Source: Octopus sinensis (lineage: Eukaryota). From it: a DNA stretch of 64,000 bases. Positions 1 through 12,624 of the stretch are shown here, piece by piece (within the stretch, counting starts at the first letter, position 1; each line of letters begins with the position of its first letter). The notes beneath the pieces were generated by a model. That model was not told the origin of the DNA and searched no databases. It saw only the letters and a program-made list of their open reading frames with translations. The position numbers and the translations under genes are program-made. The DNA is taken from NCBI RefSeq assembly GCF_006345805.1, contig NC_043021.1, forward strand, positions 14,632,001 through 14,696,000, in the 5' to 3' direction.

Positions 1-403
1 TTCGTTTGTCTTTACGTTCTGAGTTCAAATCTCACGGGAGTCAAATTTACCTTTCGCCCTTTCAAGGTCACTAAATTAACAACCAGTTGAGCATTGGGAT
101 AGATTTAATCGATTTCCCCCCTCCCTCAAAATTGCTGGTCTTGTACCAAAATTTGAAACCATCATCATCATCATCATCAATATTATGAAGGCGGCCAGCT
201 GGCAGCATCATTAGCGTGCTGGATGAAATGCTTAGCAGTATTTCACCCGTCACTACATTCTGAGTTCAAATTCTGCTGAGGTCGACTTTGCTTTTATCCT
301 TTTGGGGTTGATAAAATAAGTACCAGTTATGCACCGGAATCGATGTAATTGACTTAACCCCTTCCCCCAAATTTGAGCCCTTCTGCTTCCAGTAGAAAAG
401 ATG

Positions 404-435
<32 letters not shown>

Positions 436-1010
436 CATTATTATTATTATTATTATTATTAGGAAGGTGGCGAGCTGGCAGAATTGTTAGCACGCCAGGC
501 AAAATACTTTGTCTCATTTCGTCCGTCTTTAATCTTTTTGGGGTTGATAATATAAGTACCAGTTGAGAACTGGGTCGATGTAATCGAAGTATCCCCTCCC
601 CTGAACTTGCTGGCCTTGTGCCAAAATTTGAAATCAGTGCGGCGGCAAACTGGCAGAATCATAAGCACACCGAGTGAAATGCTTAGCGGCATTTCATCAG
701 TTTGCACATTCTGAGTTCAAATTCCGCCAGGGTCATCTTTACTTTTCATCCTTTCGGTGTTGATAAATTAAGTACCAGTGAAACACTGGGGTTAATGTAA
801 TCAAGTAGTCCCCACCCCCAAAATTTCAGGATTATCATCATTATTATTATTAGGGTTGTGGATTGACAAAATCATTGATGCGCTGGATAAAATGTTTAGC
901 AGTTATTCTTGTGACAAGGTGGACTTTGCTGTTAATCCTTTCCGGGTTGAGAAATATAAGAATCAGCTGAACAATGGTGTCGATTATCCCTATTCTCCAT
1001 AAATTTCAGA
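1..1010 (+). mobile_element. Cluster of ~5 tRNA-derived SINE copies (family B: ggcggcgagctggcagaa...cctttcatcctttcggggtcgataa), separated by (ATT)n/(ATC)n tails
   Basis: Homologous units at ~1-160, 190-400, 462-635, 640-835, 850-1010; core resembles the Deu/Nin-type SINE central domain (from memory). Confidence 0.8.
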
Positions 1011-1032
1011 AAAAGAGACAAAAATAGTATAA

Positions 1033-1123
1033 TCCCTCCGTAGCTCAGTCAGTAGAGCATCAGATTTTAGGGCGATAGTTAAGTTCATCAGAGGATCATG
1101 GGTTAAAGTCCTCATGCGAGTGA
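1033..1123 (+). pseudogene. Degenerate tRNA-Lys(UUU)-like sequence with a ~16-nt insert at the canonical intron position
   Basis: TAGCTCAGTCAGTAGAGCATCAGATTTTA matches the tRNA-Lys D-arm and anticodon 5' half; ATCAGAGGATCATGGGTTAAAGTCC matches the 3' half and T-arm; mismatches in A box, B box and acceptor stem. Confidence 0.5.
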
Positions 1124-1794
1124 AATAACTGTTTACAGGTGCAGACATAGCTGTGAGGTTAAGAAGCTACTCAATCACAGGCCTACAGGTTCCGAACCAC
1201 AGTGTAGACCCGTGATTTCCAACGTGGGGCATGGGAATATTTTGGTGGGACATGGTAATATTTTGGTGAGGCATGCACAGGGTCAATGTTTAGTATACCA
1301 GTAAGTGAAAGGGGGCATTTCGAGAATTGAGTCATTAAAAAAAAAATTCTTTACATTCCCTCTGTGGACACTGTGGTGTTAGCGGTGTTATGGGCTGTGA
1401 TGGAGCTATGTGGTGCTGGTGCAGAGGATAACAGATGAGGTGGGCAGAAGTAAGGCTTGCAGGGGCATGCGCGGGCAGGAAGCACGTGGTCAGTTCAAGC
1501 AAAGAGCGCAGAGAGACAAGACGTTTTGACTTGGTGAGAGCGACCGCTGATATAATAATAATAATGAAATTATTGTATACAGTGCTCAGGTGCACCACAA
1601 CAATTTCGCCGAGGTAAGGCCTTTTGTATTTTTCTTTCTCCCGTTATCAAATTTGTGACAACAGTTGTTTGTATTATTTCCAATAGCGATAAGTAAGATC
1701 TAAAGTGGGAATAAGATGGTTTCCTTCGATTTAGTGGTATGTGAAAAACATGTCGGTAATTTCAAATGTGCGCGCGTGTGTGTCATCATTGATA

Positions 1795-1935
1795 TAAGGT
1801 TGTCCCAAAAGTTCGTAGAAAGTCTTGGAAAATAATGGTCTTTATTTTGAGGAATAATTTTTGTTGTTTTTGTTAGTACTTGGCGAGTAAAAATTCAATT
1901 TTCGCAAGTGTTTACGAACTTTTGGGACAACCTAA
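1795..1935. mobile_element. Mariner-type MITE (141 bp)
   Basis: TIRs aggttgtcccaaaagttcgta / tacgaacttttgggacaacct flanked by TA dinucleotides. Confidence 0.8.
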
Positions 1936-2014
1936 TAAAATGGTTTTTGCTGCTGAGAAGATTCACGGAATATTTTTTTGTTTCTTCTGAGCATATTTTC
2001 CGAAAGCTTATTTA

Positions 2015-2226
2015 TACTCTTTACTCTTTTACTTGTTTCAGTCAGTTGACTGCGGCCATGCGGGAGCACCGCCTTTAGTCGAGCAACTCGACCTCGGGAC
2101 TTATTTTTTGTAAGCCCAGTACTTATTCTATCGGTCCCTTTTGCCGAACCGCTAAGTGACATTAACCAGCATCGGTTGTCAAGCATTGCAAGGGGGACAA
2201 ACACAGACACACAAACACACATACGC

Positions 2227-2259
<33 letters not shown>

Positions 2260-2412
2260 TACGACGGGCTTCTTTCAGTTTCCGTCTACCAAATTCACTC
2301 ACAAGACTTTGGTCGGCCCGAGGCTATAGTGGAAGACACTTGCCCAAGGTGCCACGCAGTGGGACTGAACCCGGAACCATGTGGTACTTACCACACAGCC
2401 ACTCCTGCGCCT
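2015..2412 (-). mobile_element. SINE family A, full-length copy (tRNA-like head ggcgcaggagtggctgtgtggtaag, central (TA/CA)n, tail gtaaaagagtaaagag)
   Basis: Matches >20 other copies in the window. Confidence 0.9.
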
Positions 2413-2714
2413 GAACTCTTTTAGGCATAATAACTAGATTTCTGCCCCACCCACCGATTTTTGGATGATCATAACTTTCAGAAAAATGGATATTTTTAAA
2501 TCAAATTGTCTACGAATATGTGTTATATCATGTAGAATCGGAATATATAAATCTTTTTGTGGGGGGGGGGAGTGTTTTAGGAGGGGATAGGGTGGGAAAT
2601 TTCGGAAATTTCACCAGAGTCCACTTCAATTCGTCTATACTCTCAAGAAAATGGATATCTTTTAATGAAATTATCTACAAATATACCTCGGACAGTGTAG
2701 ATTCCGAAGACAAG

Positions 2715-2990
2715 GAAATTTGTGGGACTTCAGGAAACATTTTTTCACGCTGAGAGTTGCTGACAAACTGCCGGCATCGGTTGTCAGTTGTCGGAGCACT
2801 GCATCCTTCAAAACTTCCATGTTTCCTGAGATTCGCCAACACTACACTTGATTTTCTCCCCTCCATACACACACAAGCATGTTCACTTTCCAGACATTTC
2901 TACACTGCTGCATGTACTTTATATGCACTTTCTGACAAGTTGTGGTGCACCTGAGCACTGTATACAATAATTTCATTATATTATATATAT
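2715..2990 (+). mobile_element. CR1/L2-type LINE 3' end fragment
   Basis: Frame FFTLRVADKLPASVVSCRSTASFKTSMFPEIRQHYT* resembles the CR1/L2 ORF2 C-terminus (FFxxRV...LP..VV...S...FK), followed by 3'UTR and AT tail; the 3' tip is repeated inverted at ~1562-1600. Confidence 0.7.
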
Positions 2991-3204
2991 TATTAAATCA
3001 ATTGGGGTCTATTTTTGAGAACTGTTTCTGAACAAGTTGTCCATGTTTGTTTCATTTTCTCCGGTTTGTGCATCCGTAGATTTCTACTGAAGCAACGAAC
3101 AAGCAATGAAGCCCTCACCAGAAAACTCGTTTGGCTAAAAATAGCAGCTAAAGTTCTGGTACACAGAAATATGTTATTCAGACGACTTATCTGTTGCATA
3201 CGCT

Positions 3205-3760
3205 TTCCTTTTTGGCGTAACTTCGGTATATGTACCGGATACATTTCAAGAAAGTGTTTTTTTTATATATGGTGGGGTTAGGATTAGGGTTAGTGTTTCT
3301 GTTAGGGGTGGGAGAAAAGGGTTTCTGTTATCTTCAGAAATGTAAACAAAGTCACGTGTGTACATATACCGAAGCATCGCCACATACCCTAACCCTACCC
3401 CCCCATATATAAAAAAACCCCACTTTTTTAAAATGTATCTGGTACTTCCGGAAGTACACCGGTACTTATACCGTAACGGCGAGCTGGCAGAAACGTTAGC
3501 ACGCCGGGCGAAATGCTTAGCGGTATTTCGTCTGCGTTACGTTCTGAGTTCAAATTCCGCCGAGGTCGACTTTGCCTTTCATCCTTTCGGGGTCGATAAA
3601 TTAAGTACCAGTTACGCACTGGGGTCCATTTAATCGACTTAATACCTATGTCTGTCCTTGTTTGTCCCCTCTGTGTTTAGCCCCTTGTGGGTAATAAAGA
3701 AATAGGTACTTATACCGTGGCATCGCCCACGTGTGTACCTATACCGAAGGTTCGGCGATT
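3205..3760. mobile_element. Foldback/MITE-like DNA element with TTAGGG-like motifs, interrupted by a SINE
   Basis: ~65-bp inverted arms 3230-3295 / 3385-3460; repeated cttcggtata/tataccgaag motifs; direct copy of the left arm at 5408-5495. Confidence 0.45.
3475..3704 (+). mobile_element. SINE family B copy with 14-bp target-site duplication
   Basis: GGTACTTATACCGT at 3461-3474 and 3705-3718 flanks the copy. Confidence 0.9.
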
Positions 3761-3886
3761 TTTTTTTTCACTTTAAGTAAATTCCCAGGTAAACGTTTCT
3801 AATAGAAAGGCAGAAGACACCAGAAGCAAAAATAAGGAATATACGCGCACAGTTAAATATAGAAGTGTAAAGCGTAATTTGTGACA

Positions 3887-4399
3887 TCTCTATATATAAA
3901 ACTGTAGTTGTGTGAGTGTCTGTCCCCTTCGATTTAGATTCCTAACTACTCCCACATTTTGCGGTGCAGTTTAACCAAATTCGGGTATCTTATAGTCGTG
4001 ATTCATATCAAGCCCGTCTGGGTATTAGCGCGCGTCTACGATGAGTCTACGATTTAAAAAATAATTTAACATAATTTTTTATTCCATTTTAATGCATAAT
4101 ATTTCGTGTGTCGATGGCGGTGGAGTTGGCGTCCATGGTCACACCTGCACCTGTTTGCTTCTCCCCCTTCTTCCCTCCCTCGTGAAGCTGTGGGGAAGGG
4201 AGTGTAAGGAAATCATCGTCGTAATGCGTTGTCAAGGAGACCAGCGTTCTTTTAGAACAACGACTTCATGGCTTGAAGACACCAAAACAGAAATGGCTAA
4301 GAAAGCCCGAATTGGCATCTATAAGGGAAGTAACTCTCTAAAAATGCTTATATAGTTATTTCCCTTACAAACCCGAGCAACGCCGGGCGATACTGCTAG
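3887..4399 (+). mobile_element. Non-autonomous Helitron (513 bp)
   Basis: A|TC 5' end (tctctatatataaaactg), 3' hairpin cccgagcaacgccggg at 4372-4387, terminal CTAG|T; no TSD. Confidence 0.85.
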
Positions 4400-4593
4400 T
4401 AATCTCTATAATAAACATGGTATTGAATGGAATAATTCCCCGTTTGTGTGTGTGTGTGTGAGAGAGAGAGAGAGTGGTAGAAATCTACAGATGCAAAAAA
4501 ACAAATATGGACTGTTCAGAAATACCCGCGAGTGGGGAACAATTCTTAAAAATAGCCCCCCCAGTTGTTTCCTCCCACCCCACAAATTTTGTA

Positions 4594-4960
4594 TACTCTT
4601 TACTCTTTTACTTGTTTCAGTCATTTGACTTGCAGCCATGCTGGAGCACCGCCTTTAGTCGAGCAACTCGACCCCAGGACTTATTCTTTGTTAAGCCCAG
4701 TACTTATTCTATCGGTCTGTTTTGCCGAACCGCTAAGTGACGGGGACATAAACACACCAGCATCGGTTGTCAAGCAATGCTAGGGGGACAAACACAGACA
4801 CACAAACATACACGCCCACATATATATATATATATATACGACAGGCTTCTTTCAGTTTCCATCTACCAAATCCACTCACAAGGCTTTGATCGGCCCGAGG
4901 CTATAGTAGAAGATACTTGCCCAAGGTGCCACGCAGTGGGACTGAACCCGGAACCATGTA
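4594..4960 (-). mobile_element. SINE family A copy (head truncated)
   Basis: Homology to other family-A copies. Confidence 0.85.
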
Positions 4961-5501
4961 TATTCGGAATCTACATGATATAACACATATTCGTAGACAA
5001 TTTCATTAAAAATATCTATTTTTCAAAAAGTTATGATGATCCAAAGTTGGGGGCGCAAAAATCTGTAGTTATGTCGATTCAAAAATATATAAAATGAGTA
5101 ATGTAAGTAAAAAAAAATGTTCGTTAATATTCAGAGGAATATTTAAAATTTGGATTTATACCCTCTATCCACGATAAACTGTCACCAAGTTATGGGTGAA
5201 AAACTCGGATCTTGTTAATTTTCCGAAATCCTCTCCCCACCCTTGGAAAAGATTTTCCCACAAATTTTTTTATAATCGTAATCTATGCCGGTTCAAAGGT
5301 ATTTATATAAAATTCCATTTAAAAAAAAAAAAGCATTTTCCGTCCGTTGCACTATTCTTTTTTATTTTGTTTCTGGATAAACAATAACCAAATTTTGAAT
5401 AACGAAGATTGGCGTAACTTCGGTATATATACCGGTGTAAGTACCGGATACATTTCAAGGAAGTGTTTTTTTTATATATGGTGGGTTAGGGTTTGTGTTT
5501 G

Positions 5502-8220
5502 GCTACTGACTTGGTCACCTAGGTAACAGAAGCTATCAACTACTTCTAGTTTTTCTCCCTGGAAAGTGACAGAGGTTGTTTTCTGCAGATTTTCAGTGTT
5601 TATTGCTCCTGAGCATCTGCCACATACAAAAACTATCTTCCCAGTTAGCCTTCCTTTGACATTGCTGCACTTCTTATGTGTCCATAGCTTACACTGGGTA
5701 CATCTTATAGAATTTCTACCTACACCTTTTCTACAGATCGAGCAGGGCCATCTACCTGAAGGCGTTTGTGGTTTGTCTACCTTCCTGCTTATTAGTACTT
5801 TTGTTTTAGCTAGGTTGACTCTAAGGCCCTTCGATTCTAATCCTCCAGTTCTGATAGTGACTCAGCAATTAGAGCAAGGTCGTCAGCATAGAGGAGCTCC
5901 CAGGGGCATCCACTCTTGAATTCCTCTGTTATTGCCTGGAGAACTATGATAAATAGGAGGGGGCTGAAGACTGAACCTTGGTGAACTCCTACGTCTACCC
6001 GGAATTCTTCACTGTACTTGTTGCCAACCCTTACCTTACTAACAGCATCCCTGTACATGGCTCGCATGGCTCTCACTAACCATTCATCTATCCCTAGTTT
6101 CCTTGTTGACCACCAGATAAGGGATCGGGGGGGGGGGCTGTCAAAGGCTTTCTCCATGTCAACAAAAGCCAGGTACAGGGGCTTATCTTTGGCTAGGTAT
6201 TTCTCCTGCAGCTGTCTTACCAGGAATTTGGCATCAGTGGTGCTTTTCCCTGGTACAAACCCAAACTGCATTTCATCTAAACTGACTCTCTCTCTAATTA
6301 GTTGGGCTATGACCCTCCCCGTGACCTTCATTACTTGATATCTCTGTAATTATTTGTATCTAAGGCGTCACCTTTACCTTTGTAGCAGTTGACTATTATG
6401 CTGCTACGCCAGTCATTGTGTATAACTCCTTTGTGTATCACCTGGTTAACTATATGGGTAACTAGGCTATAGCCGACACTGCCAGATATTTTGAGCATCT
6501 CTGCAGTAAATTCTGATGGGCCTGGGGCTTTCCCGGTCTTCATGCTTCTAATTGCCTTAACTACCAAGGAACTGTCAACTCGGATAGCTGGTCCCTCTGT
6601 TGGGACGCTATTCGGCAGACTCTCTTTATCCTCTTCATAGTGGCATCTCCAAACCTTTCTCTTTGCATCCTCATTTAGCGCAAGTGAACCATCATCCATG
6701 CGAACACATTTCTCTCCTACCACATCATGATTCTCTCTCACTCACTGTCTTGCAACACGAAATACCTCAAGTCTTTGGTCCTCACGGCGCAGAACATTGG
6801 CAAACTTTTCCTTATCTGTTTCCCCTCTGGCTAAATAAACCTGTCTTCTAGCTTCCTTTCTGGCAGTCTGATACAATTCCCTGCTACCTCCGTTCTTCCA
6901 GTCCTTCCAAGCCTGTTTCTTTTGTCTAATAGCCCTGTCAACCACATTGTTCCACCACCATGTTACCTTGGGTTGGGAGGGGACTTTGCACCAGCCACAG
7001 ATCTGGTCAGTGGCTCTCAGCAGGTTGTCCCGTAGAAACCTCCAGTTGTCTTCCACATTACGTGATGCTATATTCCCTTCTATTTCGTCAAAGGCTTTGA
7101 GTAATGCGTTTCTAAGTCTCTGCCCATTTGCAGGGTCTTTAAGTTTCCAGACCCTTCTCCTCCAGGCTGGTCTTCTTCTGGGCATCCATTCAGCCCTGAT
7201 CCTGAAGTCGCTAACTACTAATCTATGTTGAGGGGTACATTCTTCGCCTGGGAATGTTTTGGAATTTATAAGCAGCCCTCTTTCCCTTTTTCTGGTGAGG
7301 ATATAGTCAATTTGACTAGTGTGTCTGCCAGAACGATAGGTGATGGGTGGGTTTCCTGAAGTTGGTATTGCAAACCATAAGATCATTTCCATCGCGGAAC
7401 TCCAGCAGCCTGGTTCCCTCCTCATTGCGAGAACCAAAACCGTAGCCTCCTTGTATGCCATGGAAGCCCCCGACATGCCGACCAACATGTCCATTGAAGT
7501 CACCAGCCACAAAGAGAAGGTCCCTGCCATTTGTCAACGAGGTAGTCTGCAATAGGGTGTCATAGAATCGGTCTTTCTGCCCTTCCGGTAGTCCCAGTTG
7601 AGGAGCATAGGCTGAGATAATGGTAGCTGGCCTATGGTGAAGCACTAATCTAATCTTAAGTACTCTGTCACATACTCTGACTACCTCGATTACCTTATCA
7701 ACCCATTTCTCCGCAAGAAGTATACCCACACCCCCGACCCCGTCAGTTTTCCCTGCCCAGAAAATCTTGTACCTGTGTTCTTTGCCTGTGAGGAACCTAG
7801 CAGAACCTCTTCTCCTCCACCTTACTTCTTGGATGCAGCACAAATCGACACATCTCCGCTCAAGTATCTCAACAATCTCACCAGACCTACCTTTCAGTGT
7901 GCCAACTCTGAGGGTGTGGGCCTGTGAGACCCTGGGATGAGGGACAGCAGTGTCATGTACCTGAAAAGAAAGCTAGCATTTGGCAGAATTCATGAGACAC
8001 TAAACTACAACCTACAATACACTACACCATTTTCATGCGCTATATGATCAAATAAACCCCATGTAGGGGTGGGGTGGAATTTGGCCCTTAGGAGTGTTCG
8101 TGGGAGGCAAACAAGGAAGACATATGTTAGGGACTTCCGGTTAAGGTGGAGGGGGTGGGAGGGCGGGTGTACCGCGAACCAGCAAGTTTAGACTAGAGCA
8201 TCGTCGTCTTCTGCCCTCGT
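5502..8220 (-). mobile_element. RTE-clade LINE (APE endonuclease + reverse transcriptase + PHD-like finger), frameshifted and 3'-truncated
   Basis: CCIQEVRW, SAYAPQ, GDFNGHVG and IDYIL endonuclease motifs; QFGFVPG, AFVDMEKAFD, GVHQGSVFSP and YADD RT motifs; FCYLG near the truncated end; spread over several frames (track ORFs 7316-7843, 6742-7530, 6331-6741, 5837-6331). Confidence 0.95.
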
Positions 8221-8225
8221 ACACT

Positions 8226-8613
8226 ATTCTCTTTCTCTTTTACTTGTTTCAGTCATTTGACTGCGGCCATGCTGGAGCACCGCCTTTAATTGAGCAACTC
8301 GACCCCGGGACTTATTCTTTGTAAGCCTAGTACTTATTCTATCAGTCTCTTTTGCCGAACCGCTAAGTGACGGGGACATAAACACACCAGCATCGGTTGG
8401 ATGGACAAACACAGACATACAAACATATATAAATATATATATATACATATATACGACGGGCTTCTTTCAGTTTCCGTCTACCAAATCCACTCACAAGGCT
8501 TTGGTCGGCCCGAGGCTATAGTAGTAGACACTTGCCCAAGGTGCCACGCAGTGGGACTGAACCCGGAACCGTGTGGTTGGTAAACAAGCTACTTACCACA
8601 CAGCCACTCCTGT
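8226..8613 (-). mobile_element. SINE family A copy
   Basis: Full-length match to family consensus. Confidence 0.9.
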
Positions 8614-9185
8614 GACTATGGTTAGACAAATTTAGAGAGAATGAATTAAACGAAATGATAACCTTGAATAGAATAAATAAATAGAATATGACGATTAAAC
8701 AGATATGCATGATCTTAAGACAAACAAGGAAAATGAAGCTATCGGTACTATGTTTACGTGATAAAGAAATAGATAGATAATAGTGAACGAAATGGGGGGG
8801 GGGGGTTAGGGTTACGATCTACGCATTAAACATGGAGTACATGAACGAGGTTGAAAAGTCAAATTTTTCTCTTATCTCAGCATCTTCTGGGGTCTGTGTT
8901 CTATCAGCAGAGGGATTGAAAATCGAGGAGGGGAAAAAACAGGGCTTGCACTAGTTTATATAGGGTTAGGGGGGGAAGTGTTGGTTTATCAGGTGGTAAA
9001 TCGAAGAGAGGGAGGGAGAGAGGTCAGGCTGTAAATACACCACGAGGAAGGGGAATAATTTTTAGGGATTCTCGGTAAGATAAATTAATGAAACAGCAAA
9101 TGCCGAAATCCTGAGATAGAATTGAAAAATATTTTGAGATTTTGAGAAACATAATTTAATGAAACAGCAGTGGTAGATTGAAGAG

Positions 9186-9221
<36 letters not shown>

Positions 9222-9224
<3 letters not shown>

Positions 9225-9612
9225 GCAGGAGTGGCTGTGTGGTAAGTAGCTTGCTAACCAACCACATGGTTCCGGGTTCAGTCCCACTGCGTGGCATCTT
9301 AGGCAAGTGTCTTCTGCTATAGCCCCGGGCTTACCAATGCCTTGTGGGTGGATTTGGTAGACAGAAACTGAAAGAAGCCTGTCGTATATATGTATATATA
9401 TATATATAAGTGTGTGTGTATGTGTTTGTCCCCCTAGCATTGCTTGACAACCGATGCTGATGTGTTTACGTCCCCGTCACTTAGTGGTTCGGCAAAAGAG
9501 ACCGATAGAATAAGTACTGGGCTTACAAAAGAATAAGTCCCAGGGTCGAGTTGCTCGATTAAAGGTGGTGCTCCAGCATGGCCGCAGTCAAATGACTGAA
9601 AAGAGTAAAAAG
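9222..9612 (+). mobile_element. SINE family A copy
   Basis: Full-length match; tail-to-tail with the next copy. Confidence 0.9.
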
Positions 9613-9633
9613 AATATATATATTTATTTGAAT

Positions 9634-10003
9634 ACTCTTTTACTTCTTTCAGTCACTTGGCTGCAGCCATGCTGGAGCACCACCTTTATAGTTGAGCAAA
9701 TTGAACCCAGGACTTATTCCTTGCAAGCCTAGTACTTATTCTATCAGTCTCTTTTGCCAAACCGCTAAGTTACGGGGACATAAACACATCAGCAGCAGCA
9801 GTTGTCAAGCGATGCTGGGGGGACAAATATACACACGCACATATACGATGGGCTTCTTCCAGTTTCCATCTACCAATCCACTCACAAGGCTTTGGTTGGC
9901 CCAAGGCTATAATAGAAGACACTTGCCCAAGGTGCCACACAGTGGGACTGAACCTGAGACCATTTGGTTGGTAAGCAAGCTAGTTACCACTCAGCCACTC
10001 CTG
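9634..10003 (-). mobile_element. SINE family A copy
   Basis: Full-length, somewhat diverged match. Confidence 0.85.
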
Positions 10004-12343
10004 AATATAAAAAAAAGGTAGAATATTCTGGTCAGTTGAATACTAAAGGGTTAGTATCTGCCTTGTCATAATCTTTGTTGTCTTTCACATAATTTTTATC
10101 ACCAATATCATTGCTGCTAGTCAGCAACCTCCACCCCAAAAGAAAAAAACCCACTTTGCACAGAAATAAGAGATAAAACAAAAAAAGTAAACAAAATATT
10201 TTTTATTGTCATTATTATTATTATGTATAAATATATATACAGTTACCTTAACAAGCCGTTGCTATATACAGTTATCAAAAAAAAAAAGACCAAAAAAAAA
10301 AACAGGGCAATTTTTGTTTAAATTGTTATTTTTCCATTTTGTTTGTTTTTTTTTTCATCTTTTTTGTTTTCTTTTTTTTCACCCCACAAAGAAATCACAG
10401 TAGTGGATAAAAGAAACAGAGTAGATAAATAGGCTGAGAGTAGCTGAAGAAGAAGTGGTTTTTTTTTTTTTTCTTTTTGCGTAGCTAATTTACAATGTTT
10501 TGGTTGTTGTAGGTAGGTAGATAGCATGTCGGAAGCAAAGACAGTGTTCTTGGTGCAAGGTCATATTGGCCAGTGATGTTTCGTTTTATGATCCAGAAAG
10601 TGAAAGCGCACTGACATCGGCAGAGATTGGCATAAATAAATTGAAAGTCAATGTTTGGTAGTACTCGACTAAATTTGGCATTGAAATGAAGCTTAGGAGG
10701 TTTCTGTTCAAAAGCGAGAGTTTGTTTTGAATTTGTTCATGCATAGAAGCAATGGCTGATCATTTTATGACAAACACCTGCAAGAAATCTAGACGACATA
10801 TTTAATATTGATGAGCTGACAGAAGGGAATTACATTGTATGGGATATTTTCTATTAATATAACAAGCATAAGACGTTAAAAACACTACAGTTGCAGTGAA
10901 TAAAAATTAGTTTTCTGATCGAAACGTGTAGCTGAAATCTTGAAATAATAAAAGAGACTTGAAAGCCATATTAATATATTAAAATTGAAAGCCACATTAA
11001 TAAATTTAAATATTTACTATATTAAAATTGGAATTTATAGGAATTTTCTAGACAGTGTAATTACACTTTTTTTTTAGTAAAAGTTACTTCCTCATAATTA
11101 ATTCATAAGCAGCTTTCTTAATTATGGCTTAGATGAACATTGGAAAAGCAATTTACTTTCTCGCATTGTTGGGGTTAATTCACACCTCAGCAGTATGGCT
11201 ATAATGAACCAATGTGTTTGGTTAATCACCACATATGCTGAAATCAAGGTGTTACTGTGCATGCAGGTGTTATCGAAGTATTAGACAAGATTCTCTCTTA
11301 TATACGCTTTTACTTGTTTCAGTCATTTGACTGTGGCCATGCTAGAGCACCGCCTTTTATAGGTTTCATATGGCAATGCCTTGTTTTACAGAGCATATAT
11401 GTTAGTGGGCAGTAATAGATTGCAAACAATACGTTATTACGGAGCAGATCGGTGTTAGTAGAGAAGCAATATTTAACTGGTATAACTATTTTAGAGATGT
11501 ATGTGCCAAATGGTTAAACAATTCTGTACAGGCTGGGAAAAACAATTTACACAATTTCTTAAATGTGTTTGACAGAATTATCCGGTCTTATTCTTATATT
11601 TTAGTTTATTATTAAGCAAATTTCAATAAAATAAATCAAAAGCATTCTCCAGAAAAAAAAAAAAAAACACATTTTACATTTACCATTTCATTTCATCAGG
11701 TTTATATCACTTTTACTTCATTTCAAAGAAAACAATTCTTTCCTTTAATTTATTTACTGAGTTTCCAGTAAATGATCTCTGCCAACTTTAGTAGTTTCAT
11801 TTTCTGGATCATAAAACGAAACATTGCCAGCCATACATATATATATATATAATACATACATCCTTCTTTTTGTTGGTTTTCTTTCTCTTAAGCATTCATT
11901 AATTTTACTCTTGAAATTCAAGTTTATTAAAAATAAAAAGATTAAAAAAAAAACAAATAAATAAATTAAAACATTTGTTGTAAGAGAAAAAACTTTGTTT
12001 TTTTCTTCTTTGCTTTCATTTTCTTTAATGTAAAAAAAAAACCAATAAAAAAAGGTAGCTGCAAGGGAGATAACTGGGTGTTCATTATTAAATATGCCAG
12101 GCTGCGTGATCAATATTAGTTTATAACATAGGCACAAGGCCACAAATTGTGTGGGGTGGGGTGGGGGAGAGGAGGAGAGCAATCGATTACAATGACCCGA
12201 GTGGTTGACTGGTATTTGGTGTATCTATCCCCAGAAGGCTGGAAAGTTAAAGTGAACCCACACGGGTGGGATATAACATTAAAAAAAAAAGGAATTCTTT
12301 TGGAGGGGACATTTGCACTGAAGCATAACAGTAATAAACACAC

Positions 12344-12374
<31 letters not shown>

Positions 12375-12624
12375 GAGAAAGCATACTCAATACCGAATGT
12401 AGAGTTTAAGTTATAGAAAACATGGACTATAGGCTGAACAGTTGTGGCATAAATTTTATCTTTCTTTTCTATATTAGCGTGAAACCCTGGGTCCTGAATT
12501 TTTGCTGAGAGATTGTGGATATATATGTGGTGGTGGATCATTGAAATACTGCCGAGTATTTTGTGTGGCTCAGTAATGATTTGGCCAGCTCACTGCTTTC
12601 AATAATAATAATAAGGATAATAAT

